Shown: positions 1 to 10,590 of the stretch, one piece after another
Position numbering within the stretch: the first letter of the stretch is position 1
Layout: each line of letters starts with the position of its first letter
Source of the DNA: Trypanosoma brucei
Lineage: Eukaryota
Length of the DNA: 64,000 bases
Assembly (NCBI GenBank): GCA_000002445.1
Contig: CH464491.1
Coordinates: forward strand, 5,152,001-5,216,000
Reading direction: 5' to 3'
The notes under the pieces: generated by a model
What the model was told of the DNA's origin: nothing
Databases searched by the model: none
What the model saw: only the letters and a program-made list of their open reading frames with translations
Program-made: the position numbers and the translations under genes

Positions 1-249
1 ATCATTCTTTTTTACAAGATGATTCTGTCTCTTCTCAGCTCCTCTTTTGAGAGTACTTATAATCTTGGCCCCTGTTTTGCTTTCGTTTAATAATAATATG
101 CCTGTTCCACCAGCGTTAGCCTGTCATATTGCCTTAATGCCACATAAGACTTTTCATTTTTCAAGTACTTTTCTTTTAGTCGTGGATCTATTCACACCAC
201 CACGTTTATTTATATGCCGGAAAATAAACACTCACAACATTCTTCTGTA

Positions 250-400
250 ATTATCATTATTATTATTATTATTACAATTATTATTATTACTGCTCTTATT
301 ATAATATTCGTATAAACACACTCACAACACACTCTCATCATTATTATTATCATTACAATTATTATTATTATTACTGCTCTTATTATAATATTACTGTCAT
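250..400 (-). repeat. 70-bp repeat, two units, VSG upstream recombination repeat
   Basis: Reverse complement matches the 70-bp consensus core GTGTTGTGAGTGTGTATATACGAATATTATAATAAGAGCAGTAATAATAAT plus a TAA/TGA triplet run. Confidence 0.85.
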
Positions 401-631
401 AACCCTTATATTCACAAAGTAAACAAAATCAACAAAATTGTAGAGTAGCATTTTTTTAAATACCATGTCACACTATCACTTTTCACTTATAGGTCACTAT
501 CACACTCAGTTTTATAAAAATTTTAGACTTTCAAGTGTTTCAAATTTTCATAAAAAAAGTGTTAAAGTATAACAAATGGTTGAAAATATATTAGAAAGCT
601 TTATAAATTTAGCAAAATTGAATACGAATCT

Positions 632-2237
632 TTAAAATGCTTGAATGATACCAAACTCATAAAAGAAGCAGAAATCAGTGAAATTTTTTTATTGACAAGA
701 AAACTGGAATTCATACATTTGCCTTCGATCCATCCACAAGCAGCTTTTTCATTTTTCGGAATTTCACCTTTCACTGCAGCACATTCTTCAGGGGTTTTGC
801 TTGGCCAAACTTATCTGTTTTTTGTTTCTCCATTTCCTTCAGCTGTTTCTGCCTGTGTTGTTTGTTGTGCTACGTGTGTGCCGTATTCAATTTGCAGTAT
901 TCTCCATTCTCGTCATTTTTACCTTTCCATTCGCAGATTGGTTTCTTTCCTTTGCACTCAGTTGCCACTTTTATCGCTTAGCACTGTTCTTTTTGCTTTT
1001 GCTCTTGTGCTTTACTTCCTGTTGGTGATGGGTTTGGTGTTGTCGCCGGTGCTAGTGTTGTCTCATCCTCGTCGAATAGTAGGTTGGTGGAATCATTGAG
1101 TAGCTGTAAACTGCGTGTAATGGCTGTCATTTCCTTATTGGCGTCTGCCGCTGCTTCTTTGGCTAACGCCGCGTCGCGTAGATTTCTAAGCCACTCTATT
1201 TCTTTGGCTGGGCCGGTCACATCTGACTCTTTGTACTTCACGCACCTGCCGCCATTGCTATCTTTATTTCCTTTGCAGCCTTCGCTTCCGTCGCCTCTTA
1301 TTGAGCCCAGTACATATTTATGAGTTTTCGCCGTTGCCGGCGTTTGTCGCCCGAGCAGTTCTGCCAGTCTGAGTCTGATCGCTTCTACGGCTGCCAGAGT
1401 TAATTTTACCTGCGTTTTCCTCTTCTGACAAGCGGTCTTCAAAGGTGTCCAGTTTGCTTGTGTCTTTGAGTTTCCTCCACAGTTATCGTTGCTGCCGCTC
1501 CCGGTAGCTGCTGTGTCTGTCCCGCACACCTTGGCGCCATTGGTCGCGTCACCATTGTCATATGCACAAAGGCAAAGAAGGTCTAGTTTGAGTGAGCTCC
1601 CTGCTTTGAGGTGAGTAGGCGTTGTTGTCCCCTAGCAAATGACTGCGCGGTTGCCTGGCCCATAGTTTGTTGTTGCTTCTGTGTTGCCCGCTCCGAAGCC
1701 GGCGTTATTTAAAAGTGTCAGAATGTTTGTTTCCTGGGCGATTTTTAGTGTTGTCTGGGCCGCTTTGTAAAATTCAAAGGCCCTTTCGGTGTTCAAACGT
1801 AATTTCGCGAGCTGGCCCTTGCTAAGCTTTTTCGTCGACCACTTTGCGTAGTCGGCTTTGTTGGGGTCTGTTTCGATTGCATTCTTATATTTTTTCCAGA
1901 AGGTATAGTATTTTTCCCACCGTCCATTTTCGGTTCCTGTTTTGGGTACGGCAGGTTTGTCTTGCAGTTCACTTAAATCCTTTGTGTGGTCGATGTCGGC
2001 TTTAAAAGTGCTGGCTGCAATTGACATGTTTATGGAACCTATGTTAATTGCTACTGCACTAGCGCTGTCTGTTGCCGGTGCTAGGTCGGGTGCTGCTGTT
2101 GCTGTGTGAAATGCGTCGCATAGCAGAGCGAACTCTTGAGCGTTTTCGTCGGCTTGCGAATTTGCCGCTGTCTGGTGCGGTGTCTGGAAAGTCGTCGGTA
2201 GTAACACAAATACCGCTACTTTTAGCATAGAATACAT
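632..2237 (-). pseudogene. VSG: VSG pseudogene (frameshifted)
   Basis: Minus-strand ORFs 1632-2333 and 978-1529 give a VSG N-terminal domain with signal peptide MYSMLKVAVFVLLPTT. The C-terminal domain and GPI signal (GWIEGKCMNSSFLVNKKISLISASFMSLVSF) lie in a third frame at 632-800. Confidence 0.8.
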
Positions 2238-3925
2238 GGCTTGAATCCTTGTGTCTTCCTTAATCATGTAAGTGAGTAAACAGTTATGCGACTCGCCTTT
2301 GCGTTGCAGCGATTTATCTGGTTGCCTCCCCATGTCAGTTCCAGAAACAAGCTCGTAGACTTCACATCGTTGTCATATGTCTGGATCTTTTGCCTTTAAA
2401 GCAACATTTGATTATGTGGCCGTGGTGTTCTTCCTTTCTATGCTGTGGCGACGTTAAATTCCGCCACTCCATTTATATAAATTTTCAACCAAGGATCGGT
2501 CTCTATATCGCTGTCAGTTTGGTGAGTGCACAAAACAAAATGATAAAACCGCTGCAAACAAGTGAATAGCATGTATTAAAAGAAAAAAACGCAAAATAAA
2601 AAAATTGGCATAAAGATATACATACATATGTAAATTACCACACTAAATGGTATCGTTTTTTTACGTGTTTAACTTGTAAAAAGGTTAGTTCCACCGTAGA
2701 AAGAGGTGAAAATTCTAAAAACGTTTAACGTAAATTTTGTTTTTTGCTAATGTCTTTTGCTAATTTCAACCTATATCATACTGTGTTCATTTATATAGTT
2801 CTTTCATACACGACTAGAATTTTCTTTCTGGCATTCTTTAAAATACCGCAGATTTTGGCATACCTAAGACATTTTATATTTGTGTTTTTAAATGTCTTCT
2901 ACCATCTAGTAGTTTCAATGTATCCTCATGACTCCGAGTGACCAGACACCGCTGTTGCTTAACTTTGAGTCGGACGGTGTTGTGCTTCTTTTTTAGATCT
3001 TTTAGTATGGATATGGTTCACTTTTTCTTAAGACTTGGAATTTTGGAGAAAGAAAGTGCTTTCCTTACTGCTTCCACCTTGTTAATACGATACATTATTT
3101 TTGCATCAATCAAAACTCTTACGTTAATTATTCGTTTCTTGAGAGGTCTTAATGTCTGGCCTTTATACATGTCTTAAATTTGTGGAGTATCAGCATTGAT
3201 TGTCTTTACTTAATATAGATCCTTCATTATTTCATATACGTGTGTTCTTCTTCTTATATCGCCGGTCTTTACTGGATCTTTAGTCAGCTTTTTCTTTTGC
3301 TTCATTTCCTTTCAGTTTCTGACAAAAAAGTAACTCAACTACTTTTGCAAGGTTTACTTTTGTCATTAATGATTTACGTATCCTTCGTTTTGTGTGTAAT
3401 AATGTACATTGCCTTTAATGTGTTTGAAACTTTGCATATTCCATCTTTTTCCATTTGTCTTTTTGCATTTCCTTTCATAACAATATTCCTCGCGCTCTCT
3501 CGCTCATCCACTGCCCCACTCACACTGCACCACTGTCGTTGTCTTAAGCCCTTCTATATTTGTCATCTATTTAGTCTCTACCACTAACCTTACTATAATA
3601 TTAGTAAAGACACACTGACAATACACTCCTATTGTTATCACCTTTATAGTCTCAATTGACATCTATAAAATGAAGAATAATAAACAAAAATTAACTAAAT
3701 TAGAATAGCACTCATTTTCACACCACATTACCTTACTTTGTTACATCTTTGTTCCTAGAGGTCGCTTTCGTATAAAAATTACGTATTCATTTAAAAACAA
3801 TTCATTATTTTTCATATTTCGCAAAGGTTTAAAAAAAGTGATATAATATATTAAATTTCATAAAAATTTAACAAATCCTTTCAACATAGAAGAGTTTCAC
3901 AAAATTCATGAAATTCAAAAAATCA

Positions 3926-4377
3926 TTAAAGTACTATAATTTTATAATTATAGAGTGCAGCCAAACCCGTCAAAGCAGCAGCTATATTCATAGCCGATTT
4001 CTCATTGACAAGAAAAACTGGAAGAGCGGCACTCGGACTTGAGAAGCTTTCCCGTACCATCAACACGGTCAATTCATCAACATACTGCTTTCTGACCCGG
4101 TTTGGCATCCTTTTTTTTTTGCCTCACATGCTTTCTGGGATCGGTGTTTATTTTAATCTACCACAGTGCTTGTCTCTTTCGTTCCTGCTGCTGTATTTTC
4201 TGCTCCTGGTTTGGATTTGCATTCCTCTTTGTTGCCGTCATAATTGCAGTGCTCGCTTGGGCATTCGTCAGCTGTTGTGTTTTTTAGCTTGCATTTATTC
4301 TGTTCTTCTATTGTTGGATTGTTGCTTTTTTTTTTTTGCGGTGGATTTATGCCCGTGGTGATTATGGAGCCCTGCAT
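3926..4377 (-). pseudogene. VSG: VSG C-terminal fragment
   Basis: ORF 4153-4377 encodes a cysteine-rich VSG C-terminal domain (NKCKLKNTTADECPSEHCNYDGNKEECKSKPG). 3926-4108 carries a GPI-signal-like tail (SSPSAALPVFLVNEKSAMNIAAALTG). There is no N-terminal domain. Confidence 0.6.
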
Positions 4378-4619
4378 TAAGGTGCTTTACATCTGCTGCC
4401 GGAGCTGTTGCGGCATGGCAATGTGCACGCATTGGCCTGCTGACACACAAGTTAACTGCTCGCCGCACCCGACTGCTTTGGCCAGGCTGCTATGTCGGCT
4501 GGCTTTAGCCGCCAAACTCCATATTCTGCCCTTTCTAAATATTAAGATTGTTTTGCTAGCGCCCCTTGAAAGGAAAATTGTATACCGGAGCGAAACTGCC
4601 ACAAGCCAGCGTTTAAAAT

Positions 4620-4900
4620 AAATTTGAAGTCGCGCGCAGTGCAAAATGCAGAGATGAAATTCACCAAAGCAGAAAGAGTAACAAACACCACTGCGCGGGT
4701 AGTTTCTGAATATAAAAGGAGCCGCTGCATCACTGAAAAAATTAAAAAAAACAATGTGCTGCAAAAAAAAAAACAGAACAGCCGCTGTATCATTAAGAAA
4801 ATTGCAAAGAGAAGCAATCCAATACGGAAGAGCTGCGTAAAAAAAATGTAACCCTAACCAAGTAACCCTAACCCTAACCCTAACCATTCCTACCTACCCC
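4620..4900 (-). repeat. interstitial telomere-like block: (CCCTAA)4 plus degenerate GCCGCTGCATCACT-type short repeats
   Basis: 4851-4890 reads taaccctaaccaagtaaccctaaccctaaccctaacc. 4700-4800 carries repeated ggagccgctgcatcactgaaaaaa / cagccgctgtatcattaagaaaa units. Homologous blocks occur at 28270-28640 and 44700-45110. Confidence 0.75.
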
Positions 4901-5019
4901 CAACTTCCACAAAAACTCAAAAAAAAACGGGAAAAGAAAAAACAAATTAAGTTATCAGAAAATCAAAAAAATTACAGAATCAGACAGTCAATTTACAAAA
5001 ACAGTTCGATTTTTTCGGT

Positions 5020-5035
5020 TAAATTAAAGGTGTTA
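5020..5035 (-). promoter_or_regulatory. VSG 3'UTR conserved 16-mer (reverse complement gtgttaaaatatgtca)
   Basis: Matches the conserved VSG 3'UTR 16-mer TGATATATTTTAACAC with one mismatch, about 75 nt downstream of the VSG stop, followed by aagttttcaagtagcaa. Confidence 0.7.
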
Positions 5036-5106
5036 AAATATGTCAGAAGTTTTCAAGTAGCAAAAAATTTTAGAAAAATTAAAAAAAAAAATTGAGGGGG
5101 AAAAAT

Positions 5107-6651
5107 TTAAAAAAGCAAGGCCACAAATGCAGCAGAAACAATGCTGAGGGCGAATTTCTTGTTTAGGAGAATAGAGGAATCCTGGCACTTTCCTTCAATC
5201 CAACCGCAAACAGCGTTTTTGCCCTCCTTCTTTTTTCCTGGGGCCTTGGCGCATGTGTCGGGGTCCGTATACTGGCCACAATTAGGGTCTTCTGCCCCTC
5301 CTGCTGCTGCTGCTGTGTTTTCTGTTCCTGCTTTAGGTTTGCACTCGTTTTCCTTTTCGTCATGTTCGCAGCCAAGGCTTTTGCATTCTGTTGCGGTTTT
5401 CTTTGCTGTGTCGCTGCAGTTGCTGTTTGTCGGCTGTTTTTCCTCGGTCTTGTCTGCTTGCTGCTTTTGTTCCGAGGCTGGGCTGTGTCTTTCATCGGTG
5501 ATGGCTGCCGATTTTAGTGCGTAGGCTGTTTTCGCCGCTGCCGCTATGGTCTGCTCCACGGCTGCTAGTTTCGACAGAGCTTGTTCGTGTTCATGTAGCA
5601 GCTTGGCTGCTGTCTGCAGTTGGCTTAGCCATGGGTGAGTTGCTAGAGTTTCCAGTTCCTGCTTTGTTCCTGCTTTGTACATCACGCAGATGCCTTGGTT
5701 CGATTTCCCTGAGCAACCTGTTCCGGTGTAAAAGCCGTAGTAAGTGTCTTTGCCTTTCTGTTGGAATGCGTTGATTAATGCTGTTGCTTTTGCCTGTACT
5801 TCGGCTGCCGTGGCTGGCGTTTTGGGCGATGGTTGTGGGCACTTGCTTAGAAGATCTTTTAGAACTTGCTCCGGTGTGCTGCTCGGGTTGAATGCCGTTG
5901 ACGACTGACTGCTTTCGCAGAGCTTGTTGTTGTCGGTGCCGTCGACTCCGCAAACGCACAGCATAAACTGTGCTATTGTGTTTGCTTTGGCGTCAGTGTT
6001 TGGGGCTCCGCACAGCAATTGTCTGGTCGTTCCGGTGCCTCCCTGGCCTTTGCAGTCGGTGTCTTTCGCACCGGCGGGGGTAAAATCGTCACGGCCGTAG
6101 GCGGCGATCTTCAGCGCTTTGAGTGCATCGTTTGCTTTGTCCTTTTCGGGACCGGTCGCTAGTTGTGTGACGTGTTGCAGCGCTTGAAAAGCGTGTTCCG
6201 CTATCGGGTTTAGCTGCCTTCTGTAGTTTGCTAGCTGTTCTTCCGTTACGTCGGCCAGTCCCGCGGTCTGTAAAATCTGTCGTCTTGTATCGCTGTCTTT
6301 GACCGCGGCTGCTGCTTGTTTCCAGTACTCTTCTCTGGGGTCCGGAGCTGCTGGCTGTGCGGGTGCTGATGCGATCTGTTGTTTGTGCGCCGCTCCCTCG
6401 GTTTTGCTTGCGATTGTGTCGCGCCAACTCTGCGGTGCTACGGAGGCGTTGAGCTTCGCAATGGCCAGATAAGAAACCTGCGCTTGTGCATCTGTGATTT
6501 TTGCCGGAGCTGGTCGCTCTGCTAGGTTGACGAGCTCGCACAGCTGTCGGAAAAGGTGGCCGTGCTCGCCGTCGTCCGGGGCGCTGCTGGCCAGATAAGC
6601 TAGCGTCGCGACAATCGCAGATACTCGGATAAGGTAGCTTGTTTTGATCAT
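5107..6651 (-). CDS. VSG: variant surface glycoprotein, apparently intact (514 aa)
   Basis: Uninterrupted ORF with signal peptide MIKTSYLIRVSAIVATLAYLASSA, a cysteine-containing N-terminal domain and the canonical C-terminus [33 protein letters not shown]. Confidence 0.9.
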   Translation of the reverse strand: MIKTSYLIRVSAIVATLAYLASSAPDDGEHGHLFRQLCELVNLAERPAPAKITDAQAQVSYLAIAKLNASVAPQSWRDTIASKTEGAAHKQQIASAPAQPAAPDPREEYWKQAAAAVKDSDTRRQILQTAGLADVTEEQLANYRRQLNPIAEHAFQALQHVTQLATGPEKDKANDALKALKIAAYGRDDFTPAGAKDTDCKGQGGTGTTRQLLCGAPNTDAKANTIAQFMLCVCGVDGTDNNKLCESSQSSTAFNPSSTPEQVLKDLLSKCPQPSPKTPATAAEVQAKATALINAFQQKGKDTYYGFYTGTGCSGKSNQGICVMYKAGTKQELETLATHPWLSQLQTAAKLLHEHEQALSKLAAVEQTIAAAAKTAYALKSAAITDERHSPASEQKQQADKTEEKQPTNSNCSDTAKKTATECKSLGCEHDEKENECKPKAGTENTAAAAGGAEDPNCGQYTDPDTCAKAPGKKKEGKNAVCGWIEGKCQDSSILLNKKFALSIVSAAFVALLF

Positions 6652-6802
6652 TTCCTTTGTTTAGCCCTAGTGCGGATGGTTGATGGCAGACACCTTGTGT
6701 CGGCAAGGATTGCAACATATGCTGGTGGCTCTTGCGCCTGCATAAGTAAGGTGTTTTTTGGTTGCCTTTCTTCATTGCTTTGTGTAGGTCTTTGTTTATC
6801 TA

Positions 6803-7899
6803 TCACGTTTTATTAGCTTTAAACAAATACCCTTCTTTAAACGCGTCCCCACAAATTCTTTCATATCGAAAATGCCAATTCTCTCCGGACACTGCATAAG
6901 TTTCTATTTTCCCCATATCCTTCGAATTAAATTCTCCTCCTTTCAACCTTTTATACCAAGTAAGATTTTTCACAATTAACTTCGCTTTTTCCTCCCATGC
7001 AATAGGCTGTCCGGGAAAATGAATGAATGGGGCTTCTCCAATCACACCACTACTGGGAATAGTAAAAAATATCTCTTTATAATCCAATTCAATCATTCCT
7101 CTCTTCAAAACAAATCTCTGTCCAACAGCTTCCTCCTGTGTAACACTCCATATTAGCAATGGCGTATAGATACTCTGCTCTGACCACCACTCCTCGCTCC
7201 CTTTAAGCAATTCTCCAAAAGCATATTCAAATTTCTTAAATGCCCAAACTCTTGCGATTATATTACCACCTCCAAGGTAAGGTTTTCCGCTAGGAGGTGA
7301 TTTTAGTAAATGGGGTAATTTTTATCATATTCTTTTTGGTAACCAACATTAAAAAACCAAAAACATCTCTGTACATGCTCCTTGTGATCTGAGTTCATGA
7401 GCAAGTTCAACTGAGGAGCATAACACTCCGGAGTTGCTATAAATAAAATAGGGGAAATATGCTTCTCTTTTACTGTATCCTCTTCACTAAACTTCTCTTC
7501 ATTTTCCGCAGTATTTTGCATAAACTATTACACAGCATTCTCAGACTTCTGTTAACTAACAATAACATCAGATCCATCTGCAGTTATTACAATATTCTCA
7601 TCACTTGCATTCTGGTTTTCTAAAAATTCCATAATCAACTGCGGCCTCTTAACATGCTTATACAAACCTCCCATCGCAATTGAAATAATTTCAACATGGC
7701 TTAGTTTAGCACTCAATATGAGGATACACCATCCTTGTGTTGCGTGAGTTTGAACGGCAACCACAAATACTCTATGTTTCTTATTATTATTCTTTGTCAT
7801 ATTTGTTATGTTATTTGTCTCATTACCGTCATGAGATATTGAGTATAAACACACGAAGTGCAGAAAAGCCAGATAAAGCCCACATAAACTATATTTCAT
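6803..7899 (-). pseudogene. ESAG3-like pseudogene, signal-peptide protein family, tentative
   Basis: ORFs 7552-7899 (MKYSLCGLYLAFLHFVCLYSIS, signal peptide), 7303-7521 and 6803-7210 (WWSEQSIYTPLLIWSVTQEE...FIHFPGQPIAWEE...ICGDAFKEGYLFKANKT) are co-linear fragments of one gene of about 365 aa. A paralogous copy lies at 30731-31832. Assignment to ESAG3 rests on size, signal peptide and array context, not on remembered sequence. Confidence 0.4.
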
Positions 7900-8337
7900 T
7901 TGCTGATAAAACTTTAAAATTTAAATGGATTATGAGGAAAATTTAAAAAAAACTTATGAAAGAAGATTTAAGCCCAAGAAGAATTTTAAATTTCAACAAG
8001 ATTTGAACCTCAACTGCAAAACATACCACTCTTAATCTAAATGTAAAATCCAACCATTTAGCGTTGACAGTGGCCTCTACCATTGTAATTAATATAGAGA
8101 TCCCATAAGCCTTGCTTACTGGACTATATCTAAATCTTATTATCACATCCATAGTACCGTTTTTTATCATTATGTTGACTGTTTTTTTGTGTTTGAACTG
8201 GGCATAGTTTATTTCCTCTCTCCCTCTTCTCTGCCTCTCTTTTAAAAATATTTTTGTTCTGCCAAACAGTGCCATACCTACACCGCCACCTTGCTATTCT
8301 ATAAAGCGTGTCTGGTTTGTGTTTTCATATAGTTTTT

Positions 8338-8420
8338 ACTCCTCTTATTATTATATTCGTATATACACACTCACAACACTCTTCTATCATTTTGTCATTA
8401 TCTTTGTTATTATAACCCCA
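8338..8420 (-). repeat. 70-bp repeat, single degenerate unit
   Basis: tattatattcgtatatacacactcacaacac core plus a short TAA run. Confidence 0.8.
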
Positions 8421-8689
8421 AATTACTCCTAATTTTAATGACATAATCAAAATGAACAAAATACACCAAATTAGAGTAGCGCTAATTTTTCATGCCCTAT
8501 CAAGATTCAACGTAACATGCATAGGTCATAACTATGCATATTTAACTCGAGTTTTTATACTTTAATTAAAAAATCGTAAGTTGTATAAAATTTTAGAAAA
8601 AATTAGCAAATTCTCTCAAAATAGAACTTTTCATAGATTTCAAAAAAATTAAGCGAAAATTCGTATTATCCTTCGAACTCTTAAATTCT

Positions 8690-9770
8690 ATGAAGCCCAG
8701 AAAAGTAGCAGTCATACTCAGAGCCAATTTCTTATTTAAATTAAAGCTACCATTACGGTTCTTTTCTGTTTCCTTTTCATCTTCACCATATTTTTCCTTT
8801 CTCCATGCACAATTTTGTTTGTCTCCTTTTTTGTCATTTTCACAAGCTGTCTTATCAGTGCCTTTCTTTGCACAACTAAATGCTCCTGCTGTCTCTATTT
8901 TTCCACCCGTTCTTGCAGATGCTCTCTACGGTTTTAGCTATGCACTATTTTTTGGTGTCACATTCGCAGCCCGCGGCTGTGCATCCTTCTGCTGTTTTGT
9001 TGGTGGCAGCCTTGCATTTATTCTGTTTTTCTGCTGTTGGTTGCTTGTTGACTGCTGTTTCGACTGAACTTTGAGCTCGTTCTAACAAATTTCTCAGCAT
9101 CAGAGCTACTATCATTTGTTGCTCCAGATCGTTTGCTGCACTTACCAACGCCGTCGCTTTCTGCGTTATATAATGTATTTCACCTAGCTTCGCGACTACT
9201 GTCCGCGCCGCTTCCACCAAAGGTATGCCAGTCTGGCTTCCCAGAAACTTCTTGTGGTTGACGCAGATGCCTTTGCTCGCCGCTCCTATTACATCCCTAT
9301 TACTTTGAGTATCAACGCAGTCTGGTTCTCCGTTGTGCAGTCCGTGTGCCACCAGAATTGTGTTTGATACGCTTCCCGATTGTGTTTGCGCGTTAGGGGC
9401 CGTTTCCGAGATTATCGCTCCTTTCCCTCGGCTGGCGAAGATTATGCTGATCTGATTTTCCACTGTTTGTGCGGTGAGCGCGGGGTCCTTTTCATTGATG
9501 CTTTTGATGCATTCGCCGTGTATTTTTGTTTTCCAGTCGTTGGCTGCAGCTGTTTGTGTGCCTCCTGTTGTTAGGCCGCTTAATGCCGCTGAGAAACAAA
9601 AGTTTGCCGTTTGACCCTTGCTTCCTTCGCATAGGCATACAATATTCGTTGCAAGGCAGCCGCCGCCTTTGCCCGGTTTGCCGTCCGCTGCTGATCCTGC
9701 GCAGGTGAATGAATGCTATACTGCTGCTAGCCACAGAAAATCGCTCTCCGCCGGCTATTTTGCCTAGGGT
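8690..9770 (-). pseudogene. VSG: VSG fragment (C-terminal two thirds), 5' end truncated at the ingi junction
   Basis: Translation running down from 9770 gives ...GGGCLATNIVCLCEGSKGQT...ATALVSAANDLEQQ...CECDTKK. A C-terminal-domain-like stretch with a hydrophobic tail (SFNLNKKLALSMTATFLGF) lies in another frame at 8700-8945. The sequence stops abruptly at the ingi 5' end. Confidence 0.65.
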
Positions 9771-9996
9771 CCCCTGGCGATGCCGGCCACCTCAACGTGG
9801 TGCCAGGGTCCAGTACCCCGTATCATCGGGGGAAGCCAAGAGCCAGCAGAGTTCCTTTCATGAGGAACACTGCTGTGCTCCGGCTACGGCATCATACAGC
9901 ACAGGGATCAGCAGCGTCTTGCTGGGACACCGTTCTTCATTTGTCGGTCCCTGGGCACGTGGCTAGCGTGCCATCAGCATTGTCACCCGCACTAAG

Positions 9997-10035
9997 ATGC
10001 TGCTGTCCGGTGATGTGGAAGAGAATCCCGGCCCG
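9997..10035 (+). other. 2A-like self-processing peptide MLLSGDVEENPGP at the ingi ORF N-terminus
   Basis: Exact D-x-E-x-NPGP motif, in the same frame as the downstream endonuclease and RT ORFs. An identical motif lies at 50988-51026 in copy 2. Confidence 0.8.
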
Positions 10036-10590
10036 TCGTTGCGCGGGATGCAGTGGAACTGCGCCGGGCTATTTTAAGGAAAGAGATTAGCACTCCACAA
10101 AACCCTTGTTGATGAGCGGATCGCCTTTTGTCTGTTGAGCGAGACAAGGATGACGCCTGGAGAGGCGGCTTGCTTTAGCGTTTCTGGCTACCAACATCAC
10201 GGAATAGCTCGTAACTGCAAAGGAGGTGGTGTATCAATACTAGTGAGGGGGGACCTACCAGTCGAGACCGGTATGGCCGTTGTTGGTCGCATTGAACAAG
10301 TGCATGCAACAATTCACCTTGCACGTGGAACGGCGCTGACTGTCACGTCGGCATACATCCCACCAAAACACACCTTCACGGCAACTGACCTAGATACGCT
10401 TCTGACAACTGACGGTGCCCAGCTCATCGGTGCAGACGCTAACGCACACGCGTTGGCATGGGATCGCGCGAGCCCACCAAATACCAAGGGTGAAACCCTC
10501 ACACAGTGATGCATTGACAATTAGTTTCTGGTCTGCAACACTGGTGAGTGCACCAGGTACGCGCGCCACCACGGGGAGTCCACCCCTGAT

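Noticed and set aside
4387-4887. 166-aa minus-strand ORF beginning MVRVRVRVTWLG
   Set aside because: The N-terminus is a translation of the CCCTAA repeats and the rest crosses non-coding 3'-flank; it is spurious.
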